Part shown: positions 1-10,810 of the stretch, in pieces
Numbering within the stretch: position 1 is the stretch's first letter
How the letters are laid out: each line of letters opens with the position of its first letter
Source of the DNA: Octopus sinensis
Taxonomy: Eukaryota
Direction: 5' to 3'
NCBI RefSeq assembly: GCF_006345805.1
Contig: NC_043001.1
Location: 107,260,001-107,324,000, forward strand
DNA length: 64,000 nt
Notes under the pieces: generated by a model
Told to the model about the DNA's origin: nothing
What the model saw: only the letters and a program-made list of their open reading frames with translations
Database searches by the model: none
Program-made: the position numbers and the translations under genes

Positions 1-168
1 CATATATACGACAGGCTTCTTTCAGTTTCCGTCTACCAAATCCACTCACAAGGCATTGGTCGGCCCGGAGCTATAGCAGAAGACACTTGCCCAAGATGCC
101 ACGCAGTGGACTGAACCCGAACCATGTGGTTGGTTAGCAAGCTACTTACCACACAGCCACTCCTGCGC

Positions 169-170
<2 letters not shown>
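1..170 (-). mobile_element. tRNA-derived CORE-like SINE family 1, 5' half (cut by window edge)
   Basis: The minus strand reads AGGCGCAGGAGTGGCTGTGTGGTAAGTAGC (A-box) ... GGTTCAGTCC (B-box-like) ... CTTGGGCAAGTGTCTT (CORE-like motif). The same sequence recurs more than 15 times in the window. Confidence 0.8.
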
Positions 171-210
<40 letters not shown>

Positions 211-217
211 ATATATA

Positions 218-288
<71 letters not shown>

Positions 289-300
289 TATATATAATAT
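171..300. repeat. (TA)n microsatellite
   Basis: Directly visible. Similar tracts lie at 702-860, 12120-12370, 37480-37580, 40586-40676, 42960-43110 and 56470-56635. Confidence 0.95.
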
Positions 301-307
301 ACATATA

Positions 308-701
308 TTTTTACTTTTACTTTTACTTGTTTCAGTCATGTGACTGTGGCCAAGCTGGAGCACCGACGTATTCTTTGTAAGCCTAGTACTTATTCTATCA
401 ATTCTGTTTTGCCGAACGGCTAATTTACGGGGACGTAAACACACCAGCATCGGTTGTCAAGCGATGTTGGGGCGGACAATCGCAGACACACAAACATATA
501 CACACACATACATATATATATATATATGTACACATATACGACGGGCTTCTTTCAGTTTCCGTCTACCAAATCCACTCACAAGGCTTTGGTCGGCCCGAAG
601 CTATAGTAGAAGACACATGCCAAAGGTGCCACGCAGTAGGACTGAACCCGGAACCATGTGGTTGGTAAACAAGCTACTACCACACAGCCACTCCTACGCC
701 T
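308..701 (-). mobile_element. SINE family 1, full length
   Basis: Head at 701, internal (CA)/(TA) microsatellite, and tail ...GACTGAAACAAG(TAAAAG)n at 308-335. Confidence 0.85.
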
Positions 702-710
702 ATATATATA

Positions 711-755
<45 letters not shown>

Positions 756-1586
756 ATATTATATATATATATAATATATATATATAATATATATATACTA
801 TATATATATATAATACAATATATATATATATATATATATATACACAAATATATATTATATATACACACATAAATACATATACATACATCCATGCATACAT
901 ATATACATGTATATATACATACATACACACCCACACATACACGCATTTATTAGAAATCGAAGCGAAATATTCATAAAATCACGCAATGCTGTATAAATGG
1001 ATTAAATGAGTTCTTTGTCCAACAGAATAATGATAAATAAATAAATAGAAACGAGCTCAACATAAATGAAAGTAATCATAAACTGTCTCAAAGAAATTGG
1101 TAATTAAGGCTGAGACGTAATTAGGGATCACGTTGGAGTAAATGATAATTAATGTTTAGTATGGATTAGTCGATACGATTGACCCCACTACAAGGCGCTA
1201 AGTTATTTTATTGATCCCGAAACAATGAAAGGTAAAAGTAGACTTTGTCTGGATTTGAACTGAGGAGCTTAAAAATCGGGGCTGGAGGGGAGGATACCAC
1301 GAGGTATTTTTCTGCCGCTTTAACGATTCTGCTAATCCACTGTCCTCAATGATAATAAAAATAATATATTCTACTACATGTACAAGGTGTGAAATTTAAT
1401 AAAAGGTGGCCCAGTCGAATACACCGCATAGATTCCAACCGCTACGTACTCCGGCGACCCCGAATGTATGAAAATCAACGTCGGTCTTGGAGGAATTTGA
1501 AATGGTAACGTAAATACGGACGAAATGCCGCTAAGCATTTTGCCCGGCGTGCTAACGATTCTGACAGCTCATCTCCTTGTATATTA

Positions 1587-2862
1587 CTAGCAGTAATACC
1601 CATCGTTGATCGGGTAATTACTTTTACTGTTTCTCGGGATTCCCATTTAACATATTATTATATATATAATTTACTTCTCCTGTACGTGTGTATTTTTATA
1701 AGAGAAAAAATATGTAATAATTGAAGTAGAAAAAAAAGATTACTTTCATGCATGAACATTCTGTATGTGTGTATTTTATAAGAGAAAAACGTAATAGTTG
1801 AAAAAAAAAAAAAAAGGTCGATTTCATTCTTGAATGTAATGATAGTAACGGCAAATTAAGCTAATGAAATATTCATGTTGCATTAAGAGTGAATATTTCT
1901 TTTTAAACAATGTCTTTTGTTTTATTTCAGGGTAGATTTGTTTTTGCTCTCCCACATGTGATGCTCCGACATAAAGTTAGCCATGTGAAAAGTATGGTTC
2001 TTAAAAACTTGTAATAATTGAAGGAGAATTGAAAGATTCAGTTATAGCGTGAATGAAGGAAGAAAAATAGCTATATCATATAGAGGAATAGCTTTACGGA
2101 ATGCAGGTGACTGTGTGATGACACTGAAAAAGCCACAGGTCAAGTAGAAAACCCATCAGGCACAGTTTCTTCTGACATTTGAATAGGCCATATGGCCAAG
2201 GAGTACTGAAAGATTCAGTTTCGAATCTGAACCAGGATGAGACTACCCCTAAATATTTAGATTTATTCCTCTTGTATGTGTGTATTTATAAGAGAAAACG
2301 TAATAATTGAAGTAGAAAAAAGATCGATGTTATACACGTTAAGTTATTGAAGCATTCATGTTACATTAAGAGTGAATATTTCTTTATAAGCAATGTTTTT
2401 TGTTTTTATTTCGGGGTGCATAGGGAAATGCTCCCACACGAGATGTTCCTACATAATGTTGGCCAAGTTAAGAGCATAGTTCTTCAAGTTGCAATCCAGC
2501 AAATCTTAGTGTTTGGCCCTGAGTTTTATTAATGCTCATAGCAAAAGAAAATGGGATAGAAAACTGTAACCACTTAAATTGGAATGGGGCATTGAAGACG
2601 GTGTCACCGTTACCACAACCAGTAAAAATAATTGCCTCATAAGTTTGTGCACAATTAGTGTTGTACCATTGCATAATTTTTGTCGAAACAAATTAGGCAG
2701 CAGCATAATAGCTTCCTCTGAACCAGGTACTTTCATTTTGCTGGAGAAAGAAAGAGACAGAATTTCGATTTTATATATATATAGAAAAAGCATGATAGCC
2801 TCTCCTGAAGCATTTATTTTCATTTTCCTGGACAAACAAACAAGCAAAAAGAATTTCTTTAT

Positions 2863-2880
<18 letters not shown>
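1587..2880 (-). mobile_element. Helitron deletion derivative with Pif1 helicase C-terminal remnant
   Basis: The minus-strand 3' end has an imperfect hairpin (1597-1616) then CTAG|T (1587-1590). Helicase motifs are spread over frames: MLLPNL..KLCNGTTLIV, EAIIFTGCGNGDTVF, FAMSINKTQGQTL..AGLQLEELCS*LGQHYVGTSRVG, and a second copy EPYFSHG*LYVGASHVG. 5'-like ends TCTATATATATAAA occur at about 2785 and 2870. Confidence 0.75.
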
Positions 2881-2895
<15 letters not shown>

Positions 2896-2896
2896 C

Positions 2897-2930
<34 letters not shown>

Positions 2931-2984
2931 TATATATATGTGTGTGTGTGTGTAGCTTATAGTTATTAATAATATTGCTATCAA

Positions 2985-3191
2985 ATTGGGCACAAAACCA
3001 CGAGCAATTTTGAGGGAAGATGTGAGTCGATTACATCAACTCCAGTACTCAAGTTGTACTTACTTTATAGACACAGAAAGGGTGCAAGGCAAAGTCGACC
3101 TCGGCGGGATACCAACTCAGACCGTAAGGACTGACGAAATGCCTCTAAGCAATTTGCCCAGCGTCCTAATAGTTCTCCCTGCTCACCGCCT
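2985..3191 (-). mobile_element. tRNA-derived SINE family 2 (tail A), degenerate
   Basis: Minus strand AAGGCGGTGAGCAGG...GTCGACTTTGCC... matches the family 2 copies at 7795 and 62318. Confidence 0.7.
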
Positions 3192-3192
3192 T

Positions 3193-3220
3193 AATAATAA
3201 TAATAGGAAGAAGAATAATG

Positions 3221-3275
<55 letters not shown>

Positions 3276-3279
3276 TAAT
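3193..3279. repeat. (AAT)n microsatellite, 5' flank of Dong element
   Basis: Directly visible; it gives the poly-Asn run in ORF 2986..3903. Confidence 0.95.
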
Positions 3280-4906
3280 AATGACAAACAGCTGGAAACA
3301 CTATTAAAGACAGTTCATGGATTTACCAAAGAAATAGATATGAAATTTGGATTAGAAAAATGCGCCAAAGTAACCATGAAAAGAGGAAAAGTAGTTAAGA
3401 GTAACAACATCACACTAGATAAAACCAATGAAATAAAAGAACTAGACCAAAGCCAAACTTACAAATACTTAGGAATCCATGAACTAGATAAGACACAACA
3501 CACACAAATGAAAGAGAAAATAAAAAAAGAATATTATAGACGAGTTAGATCAATACTAAACACAGAGCTCAATGCTAAAAACAAGATAATAGGTTTCAAC
3601 ACTTTAGCTGTCCCAGTTATAAGTTACAGCTACAATATCCTTAACTGGACACGAAATGAACTGACCAAAATAGATAGGAAAACAAGAAAAATAATAACAG
3701 GATCTAGGATGCATCACCCAAAATCTGACATAGAAAGACTATATATGCAACGTATAGAAGGTGGTAGAGGCCTTATACAGCTGGAAAACTACTATAAAAT
3801 AACCACCATAGGACTGCAAAAATATCTACTTCAGAAGGAAGGAAAAACAGATCCAGATAGCGGCAAAACACGAGCAAAACAAAAAACTGTTCTCAGTATT
3901 TAAGGAAGCTGACAAATACAAACAAGAAATCATACCACCTAATAAACATGAAGAAGAAGAAGATGATGAAGAAACAACAAAAGCTATAAAATAAATGAAA
4001 TCCAAACTAAAAATAGAACAGCAACGAACCATGATAAACGATGGCAAGAAAAGCCCCTTCATGGTAAATACTGGACTAAACTAAACGCAAAAGAAATAGA
4101 CAAAGAAAAATCCCAGCAATGGTTGAGAAGCTCAGGACTCAAAGCAGAGACAGAGGAATTTTTAATTGCAGCACAAGACCAAAGCCTCCCCACCAGAAAT
4201 TACCAAAAACATGTAATGAAAAGAAATATTACAAGTAACTGCAGAATATGTGGAGATGGACAAGAAACAATAAATCATATTATCTCTAGCTGCCCAGTCC
4301 TGGCTAAGAAGGAATATATTCACAGACATGACAGAGTTGGAACCTACATACATTGGAAGCTATGCCAACATTATGGAATAACAACAGAAAAAAGATGGTA
4401 TAGGCACACACCAGAAAAGGTCACAGAAAACGAGAAAGCAACCATACTCTGGGATATGCCGATACACACAGATAGAGAAATTAAGGCCAACAGACCAGAT
4501 ATAGTTGTCAGAGATCATGAAGAAAAAAATGCTTTCTAATTGATGTATCAATACCGGCAGATGACAACGTGTTTCTAAAAGAAATGGAGAAACTCTCAAA
4601 ATACAAAGACCTGGAAATAGAGGTTACTAGAATGTGGAATCTAAAAACAGAAACAATTCCTATCATAGTAGGTGCATTAGGCGTGATAAAAAAATATTCA
4701 GACAAATACATAACAAAAACACCAGGACTTACAAACACATATAACATACACAAAATTACACTACTAGGCACTGCACACATCCTACACAGAACTCTTTCCA
4801 TACAATAACCATCAGAGCATCACAACAAATCACAGCACATACCCAAGGCACACAGAGCTGCGCTCGGTAGTGAAGTGAAAGCACGCTATAAAAAATAAAA
4901 CTACTG
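3280..4906 (+). mobile_element. 5'-truncated R4/Dong-clade non-LTR retrotransposon (RT C-terminus, CCHC knuckle, restriction-like endonuclease)
   Basis: The ORF pieces 2986..3903, 4123..4539 and 4569..4808 give DMKFGLEKCAK, YKYLG, RLYMQRIEGGRGL, LIAAQDQSL, CRICG..ETINHIISSC, HRHDRVG..IHW, ILWD, RPDIV, (L)IDVSIP, KE.EK..KY.DL and PIIVGALG. There are frameshifts and stops. The element is flanked by (AAT)n at 3193-3279 and 4907-4927. Confidence 0.9.
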
Positions 4907-5578
4907 AATAATAATAATAATAATAATATTTTATATCTTAAATACCACCTGATTTTCTATAGATAGATTCCTTTATCATAAATACGATGTGGTATTTTAT
5001 ACTATAGATTTTTAAAAAACTTTGAGATGATGTTTATAAATTTCTATATCTTAGCTATGCTAGTTCCAACTTTACTTCAATAGAGAAATCTACTTCCAAG
5101 CCTTTGAACATTTTTTCAACCAAAAAATCCCTTTTTATTTGTTTTTTACTTATTATTTCTTTACCCCTTCTCTTCCTAGGGTTTGCCTTTGACGTTGAAT
5201 CTACTAACGGTTTTTTAAAAAAATACTTAATAGCATTCTGTTTATCATTTATGCAGTCATCAAAATTGTTATAATGTCTTGTTGAGATGAGTTCTCTTTC
5301 TTTCCTGATGAGAAGATTACATTATTTTACACCGTTTACTCCTTTGGAATAAAACCAATGTCGTCTTCGAAACATATGCCAAAAGTAAAAGAATTTGAAT
5401 AACTCCTTCGTTCAACTCCATTTATTTACTTATACTATACAAATTACTGCACATTAACCCGGAGTTTCTACCTTTGGTCGCTACATCCTTGTTACTTGCG
5501 TGAATTTCGCTACCCTGGTAACTGTAAATTGAATTTTCCATATTAACAGTAAACGAAAGATAATTCATTCATTCATTT

Positions 5579-5625
<47 letters not shown>

Positions 5626-6169
5626 CGACGGGCTTCTTTCAGTTTCTGTCTACCAAAGCCACTCACAAGGCTTTGGTCGGCCCGAAGCTATAGTTGAAGA
5701 CACTTGCCCAAGATGCCACGCAGTGGGACTGAACCCGGAGCCATGTGGTTGGTTAGCAAGCTACTTACCACACAGCCACTCCTGCGCCTGTTTATAGACC
5801 TTTCAAATTTTTTTTTTATATCTTAAGTACGATGTGATTTTCCATAGATTCCTTTATTGTACCAATACATTTTTTTGTTTATAAATTTGTTTATAAATTT
5901 CTGTATCTTAGCTATGCTAGTTCCAACTCGTCGACGCTACTCTCAAAAAACCCCTCCAAACCGCTCAAATACTCTGCCAATCATGTGAAGTAGCAGTCCA
6001 ATCAAACAGTCTGTATTAGAAACGCAACAAACCCGCTTCGCTATTTCACGCCCCAGCATCAGCAGTAGCTAAACCGGCAGCCGGTAAATAAAAAAAAACA
6101 GGGCTACGACTTATATGTGACGCTTAGAAATCTTGAGCAAAAAATTCCATCGTTATTGTAAGCATATAC

Positions 6170-6328
6170 ACAGGTGTGGCTGTGTGATAAGTAGCTTGCT
6201 TACAGGCCACAAGGTCCCGGGTTCAGTCTCACTGTGTGGCACCTTGGGTAGGTGTCTTCTACTTTGGCCTCGGGCTGACCAAAACCTTGTGAGTAGATTT
6301 GGTAGGCGGAAAGTGAAAGAAACACGTC

Positions 6329-6367
<39 letters not shown>

Positions 6368-6607
6368 TGTTTGTATGTCTGTGTTTGGCCTCATGTTTGT
6401 ATGTCTCATGTTTTGGCCAACATCGCTTGACAACCGATGGTGGTGTGTTTATGTCCCCGTAACTTAGCGGTTCGGCCAAAGAGACCGATTAAATTAGTAC
6501 GAGGCTTACAGAGAATAAGTCCTGGGGTCGATTTGCTCGACTAAAGGCGGGGCTCCAACATGGCCACAGTCAAATGACTGAAACAAGTAAAAGAGTAAAA
6601 GAGTAAG
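6170..6607 (+). mobile_element. SINE family 1, full length
   Basis: Head GTGTGGCTGTGTGATAAGTAGC, CORE-like CCTTGGGTAGGTGTCTT, and tail CAGTCAAATGACTGAAACAAGTAAAAGAGTAAAAGAG. Confidence 0.85.
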
Positions 6608-6803
6608 TATGAAAGTATAATGAATGATGGGATGATTGTAGCTGCCATTGGTTTGATAACATAGCTGTAACGGTAGGAGTAAAATAAACATGGGGATATT
6701 CTCTAGGAGCGATATTACTGGAAGGTGTTCTGAATCGTTTTGATCTATAGTAGATAAAGTGAATGTGTCGGCAATACAAACTCTATGTAGAATATGTAAA
6801 AAA

Positions 6804-7214
6804 AGGCGGCGAGCTGACAGAATCGTTAGCCGGGCGAAATGCTTAGCGGAATTTCGTCTGTCTTTACATTCTGAGTTCAAATTCCGCCAGTTGCGTACTG
6901 GGGTCGATCTAATCGACAGGCCCTCTTCCCCAAAATTTCGGGCCTTGGGCCTAGAATAGAGAAGAATATGTTTGTTACCTTAAGGCTACGAGCTGGCAAA
7001 AACGTTAGCACACCGGGCGAAATGCTTAGCGGAATTTCGTCTGCTGTTACATTCTGAGTTCAAATTCCGCCCAGGTCGACTTTGCCTTTCATCCTTTCGG
7101 GATCGATAAATAAAGTACCAGCTACGCACAGGGGTCGATGTAATCGACTTAATCTGTTTGTCTGTCCTTGTTTGTCTCCTTTGTGTTTAGCTCCTTGTGG
7201 GCAATAAAGAAATA
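6804..7214 (+). mobile_element. Two adjacent SINE family 2 copies (tail A then tail B) inside a 20-bp direct repeat
   Basis: Heads AGGCGGCGAGCTG at 6804 and about 6983. Flanking repeat ACAAACTCTATGT(AG/AA)AATAT at 6776-6795 and 7215-7234. Confidence 0.75.
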
Positions 7215-7794
7215 ACAAACTCTATGTAAAATATATATACGTACACATATAATCCCGCGAATAAACCCAGAAATACGAGCACAAGTATACACACACACAA
7301 ACATGTATATATACGTGCAGACTGCATCCTGAGTTATTTCCTTTCAATCATTATATTATATTGTCATCGCAACTGATGTATGTGATTATGCAAGCAAATA
7401 GTGGTTCTCTTGTTCCTAGTCTGGCAAGTAACGGGAAAATCTTTTCTTGTCTTTGAAGGTTTAATAACCTCAAAAGATCTCCGGAGTAGACATCGCACCT
7501 GCCAACGGTCAGAATAAATTAATATTGATATCAGCTTCAAAAGGCGGCGAGCTGCCAGAAACGTTGTCACGTTGAGCTAAAATGCTTAGCGCCATTTTGT
7601 TCGTCTTCTCGTTCATAGTTCAAATTCCACCGAGTTTGACTTTGTCTTTCATCGTTTCGGGATCGAGAAAATAGGTATCACTTGAACACTGGGATAGTTA
7701 TTATAGACTTAGTCCTCTGCTCCGAATTTGCTGGCCTTGTGCCAAACCAATGTTAATATTATCTTTTTAGCTAATTAATATTTTCCTTTCAGTA

Positions 7795-8160
7795 AGGCAG
7801 CGAGCTGGCAGAGACGTTAGCACGCCGGGCGAAATGATTACCGGTATTTCGTCTGCGCTACGCTCTGAGTTCAAATTCCGCCGAGGTCGACTTTGCCTTT
7901 CGTCTGTCCTTGTTTGTCCTCTCTGTGTTTAGCCCCTTGCGGGCAATAAAGAAATAAGAAATGTTAGCACGCTGGACGAGATGCTTAGCGGTATTTCGTT
8001 TGTCTTTACGTTCCGAATTCAAATTCCGCCGAGGTCGGCTTTTCTTTTCATCCTTTCGGGGCCAATAAATTAAGTACCAGTTGCTTACTGGGTTCGATCT
8101 AATCGACTGGCCCCTACCCCCAAAATTTCGGGCCTTGTACCTAGGGTAGAAAAGAATATT
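7795..8160 (+). mobile_element. SINE family 2 dimer (tail B unit followed by tail A unit)
   Basis: Two GTTCAAATTCCGCCGAGGTCG B-box regions, with junction AAAGAAATA|AGAAATGTTAGCAC at 7956/7957. Confidence 0.8.
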
Positions 8161-8705
8161 TTCCTTCCAGTACGTACGGAATTCTAATTAGAATTCATTG
8201 ACGTTTCATTGTTGTCACTCCCGCTTGCAAAGATTGGATTTAAATTTTAAAATACTTTTTACCTCTTTTCAACAAGCGGGAATCTTGATTTATTACATTT
8301 ATCTTATCCATTACACTTGTTATGCTGCATTTGGTGTTAAGTAAAACTTGATATTTTACTTGGTAATTTTTCTCGGTCAATATTTTCCGTTGCTTACAAC
8401 CATCTCCCTTTGCTTTCATACTTACCAAATCAACGAAATCGGTGGCCATTTTCACTGGGCAATATGCCGGCATTTCGACAGAAAAACGGATAACATTTTA
8501 TTTATATAGCTTTTATGTTTTTTTTCTTGTTTGTTTCAATCACTGGACTGCGGCCATGCTGGGAATACCATCTTAAGGAGGTTAGTCGAACAAATTGATT
8601 CCATGACTTCTAAAGCTTGGTACTTATTCTATCTTTCTCTGTTGCCGAACCGCTGAGTTACGGAGCCATAACCAAAGCAAGACTAGTGGTCAAGCAGTAG
8701 TGATG

Positions 8706-8736
<31 letters not shown>

Positions 8737-8737
8737 C

Positions 8738-8785
<48 letters not shown>

Positions 8786-9137
8786 GTATGTATCTGTGTA
8801 TGTGTATTGCTTCAATGCGCACAAAAAAATAAATAAATAGTTACCATGGTAGCAAAAATTCACATAAGTGCCAGGGATGTTACACCCTACTTATAAAGGT
8901 AAAAATTCCAGGGTTTAGTGAAATGTTTTTGCATGACTTAGATAAATTAAGAAATGGAGTTAAACGCAGGGGTTATTAAAATCAATTTGAATAACACCTG
9001 CGTTTAACTCCATTAATTAATTTATCTATATAAATTGTCTCATTTCATTTAACACAAACACATATATAAATACATATATATATATATTTATATGTTAAAT
9101 AAAATGAGACAACATAGCCAAGGCAGTGTGAAATGTG

Positions 9138-9185
9138 GTCTTACAGCTGTTTCAGGCATATGAGGGATATCCCTTCATCAGAGAC
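9138..9185 (-). ncRNA. Minimal type I hammerhead ribozyme motif (antisense partner)
   Basis: Minus strand GTCT-CTGATGA-AGGGATAT(CCCTC)ATATGCCT-GAAAC-AGCT-GTA-AGAC, with palindromic stem III ACAGCTGT and a 4-bp stem I. Confidence 0.7.
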
Positions 9186-9363
9186 GATATGAGGGAGTTA
9201 ACTAGAGGGAAATAGTAGAGTTCAATATAAGGAGTTATTTTGGAAAGGGAGAGATATAGGAAGTATAAACGCAAATAGGAAGTATACTTCCTGTATCTTT
9301 CCCTTCCAAAATAACTTCTTACCTTGGACTCTACTGTTTCCCTCTAGTTTACTCACTCATAAC

Positions 9364-9411
9364 ATCTCTGATGAAGGGATATTCCTCATATCCCTGAAAC
9401 AGGTGTAAGAC
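9364..9411 (+). ncRNA. Minimal type I hammerhead ribozyme motif
   Basis: TCT-CTGATGA-AGGGATAT(TCCTC)ATATCCCT-GAAAC-AGGT-GTA-AGA: canonical core, 8-bp stem II, short stem III, GUA triplet and a 3-bp stem I. Activity is untested. Confidence 0.7.
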
Positions 9412-9664
9412 AACTTTTCTATTTATAAATGTCCTAGAAATTTGACTCTGCTTTGGATTTGTTGTCTCATTTCATTTAACATATACATGTACACACACAA
9501 CCCTTATTAAATTCCTCACTCATACTATTATCGAAGCAGGAGTCTAACTACGGTCCTTGCGTAGCACTTACATAAACTTACCTGCCATTTTCGGTCTTCT
9601 GGATGCCAAAACTTCTCATGTATATATTTATGTGTATATACGCACAAATATACATATATATAAT

Positions 9665-10058
9665 CTTTTATTCTTTTATTTGTTTCAGTCTTTTGACTGC
9701 GGCAATGCTGGAGCACCGCATTTAGTCGAACAAATCGATCCCAGGACTTATTTTTTGTAAGCCTAGTACTTATCCTATAGGTCTCTTTTGTCGAACCGCT
9801 AGGTTACTGGGACGTAAAGGCATCAACATCAACATCGGTTGTCAAGCGATGGTAGCAGGACAAACACAGACACATAAATACACAAACACACACACACACA
9901 TACATATACAACGGGGTTCCGTCTACCAAATCCACTCACAAGGCTTTGGTCGGTGCGAGGCTATAGTAGAAGACACTTGCCCAAGGTGCCACACAGTGGG
10001 ACTGAACCCGGCACCATGTGGTTCGTAAGCAAGCTACTTACCACACAGCCACTCCTAC

Positions 10059-10062
<4 letters not shown>
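9665..10062 (-). mobile_element. SINE family 1, near full length
   Basis: Same head and tail as the other family 1 copies. Confidence 0.8.
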
Positions 10063-10105
<43 letters not shown>

Positions 10106-10469
10106 CGCACACACACACATATTGTAAAATATACAGCAGACCTACTGCATACCACACACTTTCATACGTTAAAACGATCAATAAAATAACAAAGAGCATA
10201 CGCACTCATATATGATTACATCCAATATTATAAGACATTTCATATATCACGAATGAATCACGACGCAGCCCTCCTATTATACAGTTGTCGCCCAATCATA
10301 GCAAGCATTCAATAAATACATCCACGTTTATGCAACACGCATTCTGCCACACCGGTCTCCACTCTTTTTTGTATCATAGACGTGTTTCGTGCAGGATAAT
10401 TTTTCCCCCAGAATGCATAACAAAACACAATAAAAAACATAATACATAGTTTAATTGTTGCATATATAT

Positions 10470-10810
10470 GTGGAGGCGCAATGTCTCAGTGGTTAGAGCA
10501 GCGGGCTTTGTGAGTGTTCATTGAGCGAAAACACCTAAAGCTCTATGAGGCTCCGGCAGTAAGTGGTGGCGAACCCTGCTGTACTCTTTCACCACAACTT
10601 TCTCTCATTCTTTCTTCCTGTTTCTGTTGTATCTGTATTTCGAAATGCCAGCCTTGTCACACTCTGTGTCACGCTGAATCTCCCCGAGAATTACGTTAAA
10701 GGTACACGTGTCCGTGGACTGCTGAGCCACTTGCACGTTAATTTCACGAGCAGGCTGTTCCGTTGATCGGATCAACTGGGACCCTCGTCGTCGTAACTGA
10801 CGGAGTGCTA
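10470..10810 (+). mobile_element. tRNA-derived SINE family 3 (tail ending CCCTCGTCGTCGTAACYGACGGAGTGC)
   Basis: Head GTGGAGGCGCAATG..CAGTGGTTAG; body matches 13951-14315 and 61168-61547. Confidence 0.8.

Larger units (their letters stand above)
9091..9484. repeat. Long imperfect inverted repeat (fold-back), probably Penelope-like pLTR pair
   Basis: Core arms at 9138-9267 and 9283-9411 with a 15-nt spacer; outer arms at 9091-9113 and 9461-9484. Confidence 0.8.

Noticed and set aside
142-946. Numerous Ile/Tyr-, His/Thr-, Cys/Val- and Leu/Ser-rich ORFs here and throughout the track
   Set aside because: They are translations of (TA)n, (CA)n, (TG)n and (ATCT)n microsatellites, not genes.
1925-2010. 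Apparent splice acceptor and duplicated exon on the plus strand
   Set aside because: It is explained by duplicated Helitron helicase sequence on the minus strand.
2986-3903. 305-aa ORF as a host gene with poly-Asn
   Set aside because: It is a chance read-through of antisense SINE, (AAT)n and the Dong RT fragment.
5930-6110. Two CCAAT boxes and CpG enrichment, promoter-like
   Set aside because: There is no downstream exon or TSS evidence, and it is probably TE-internal.
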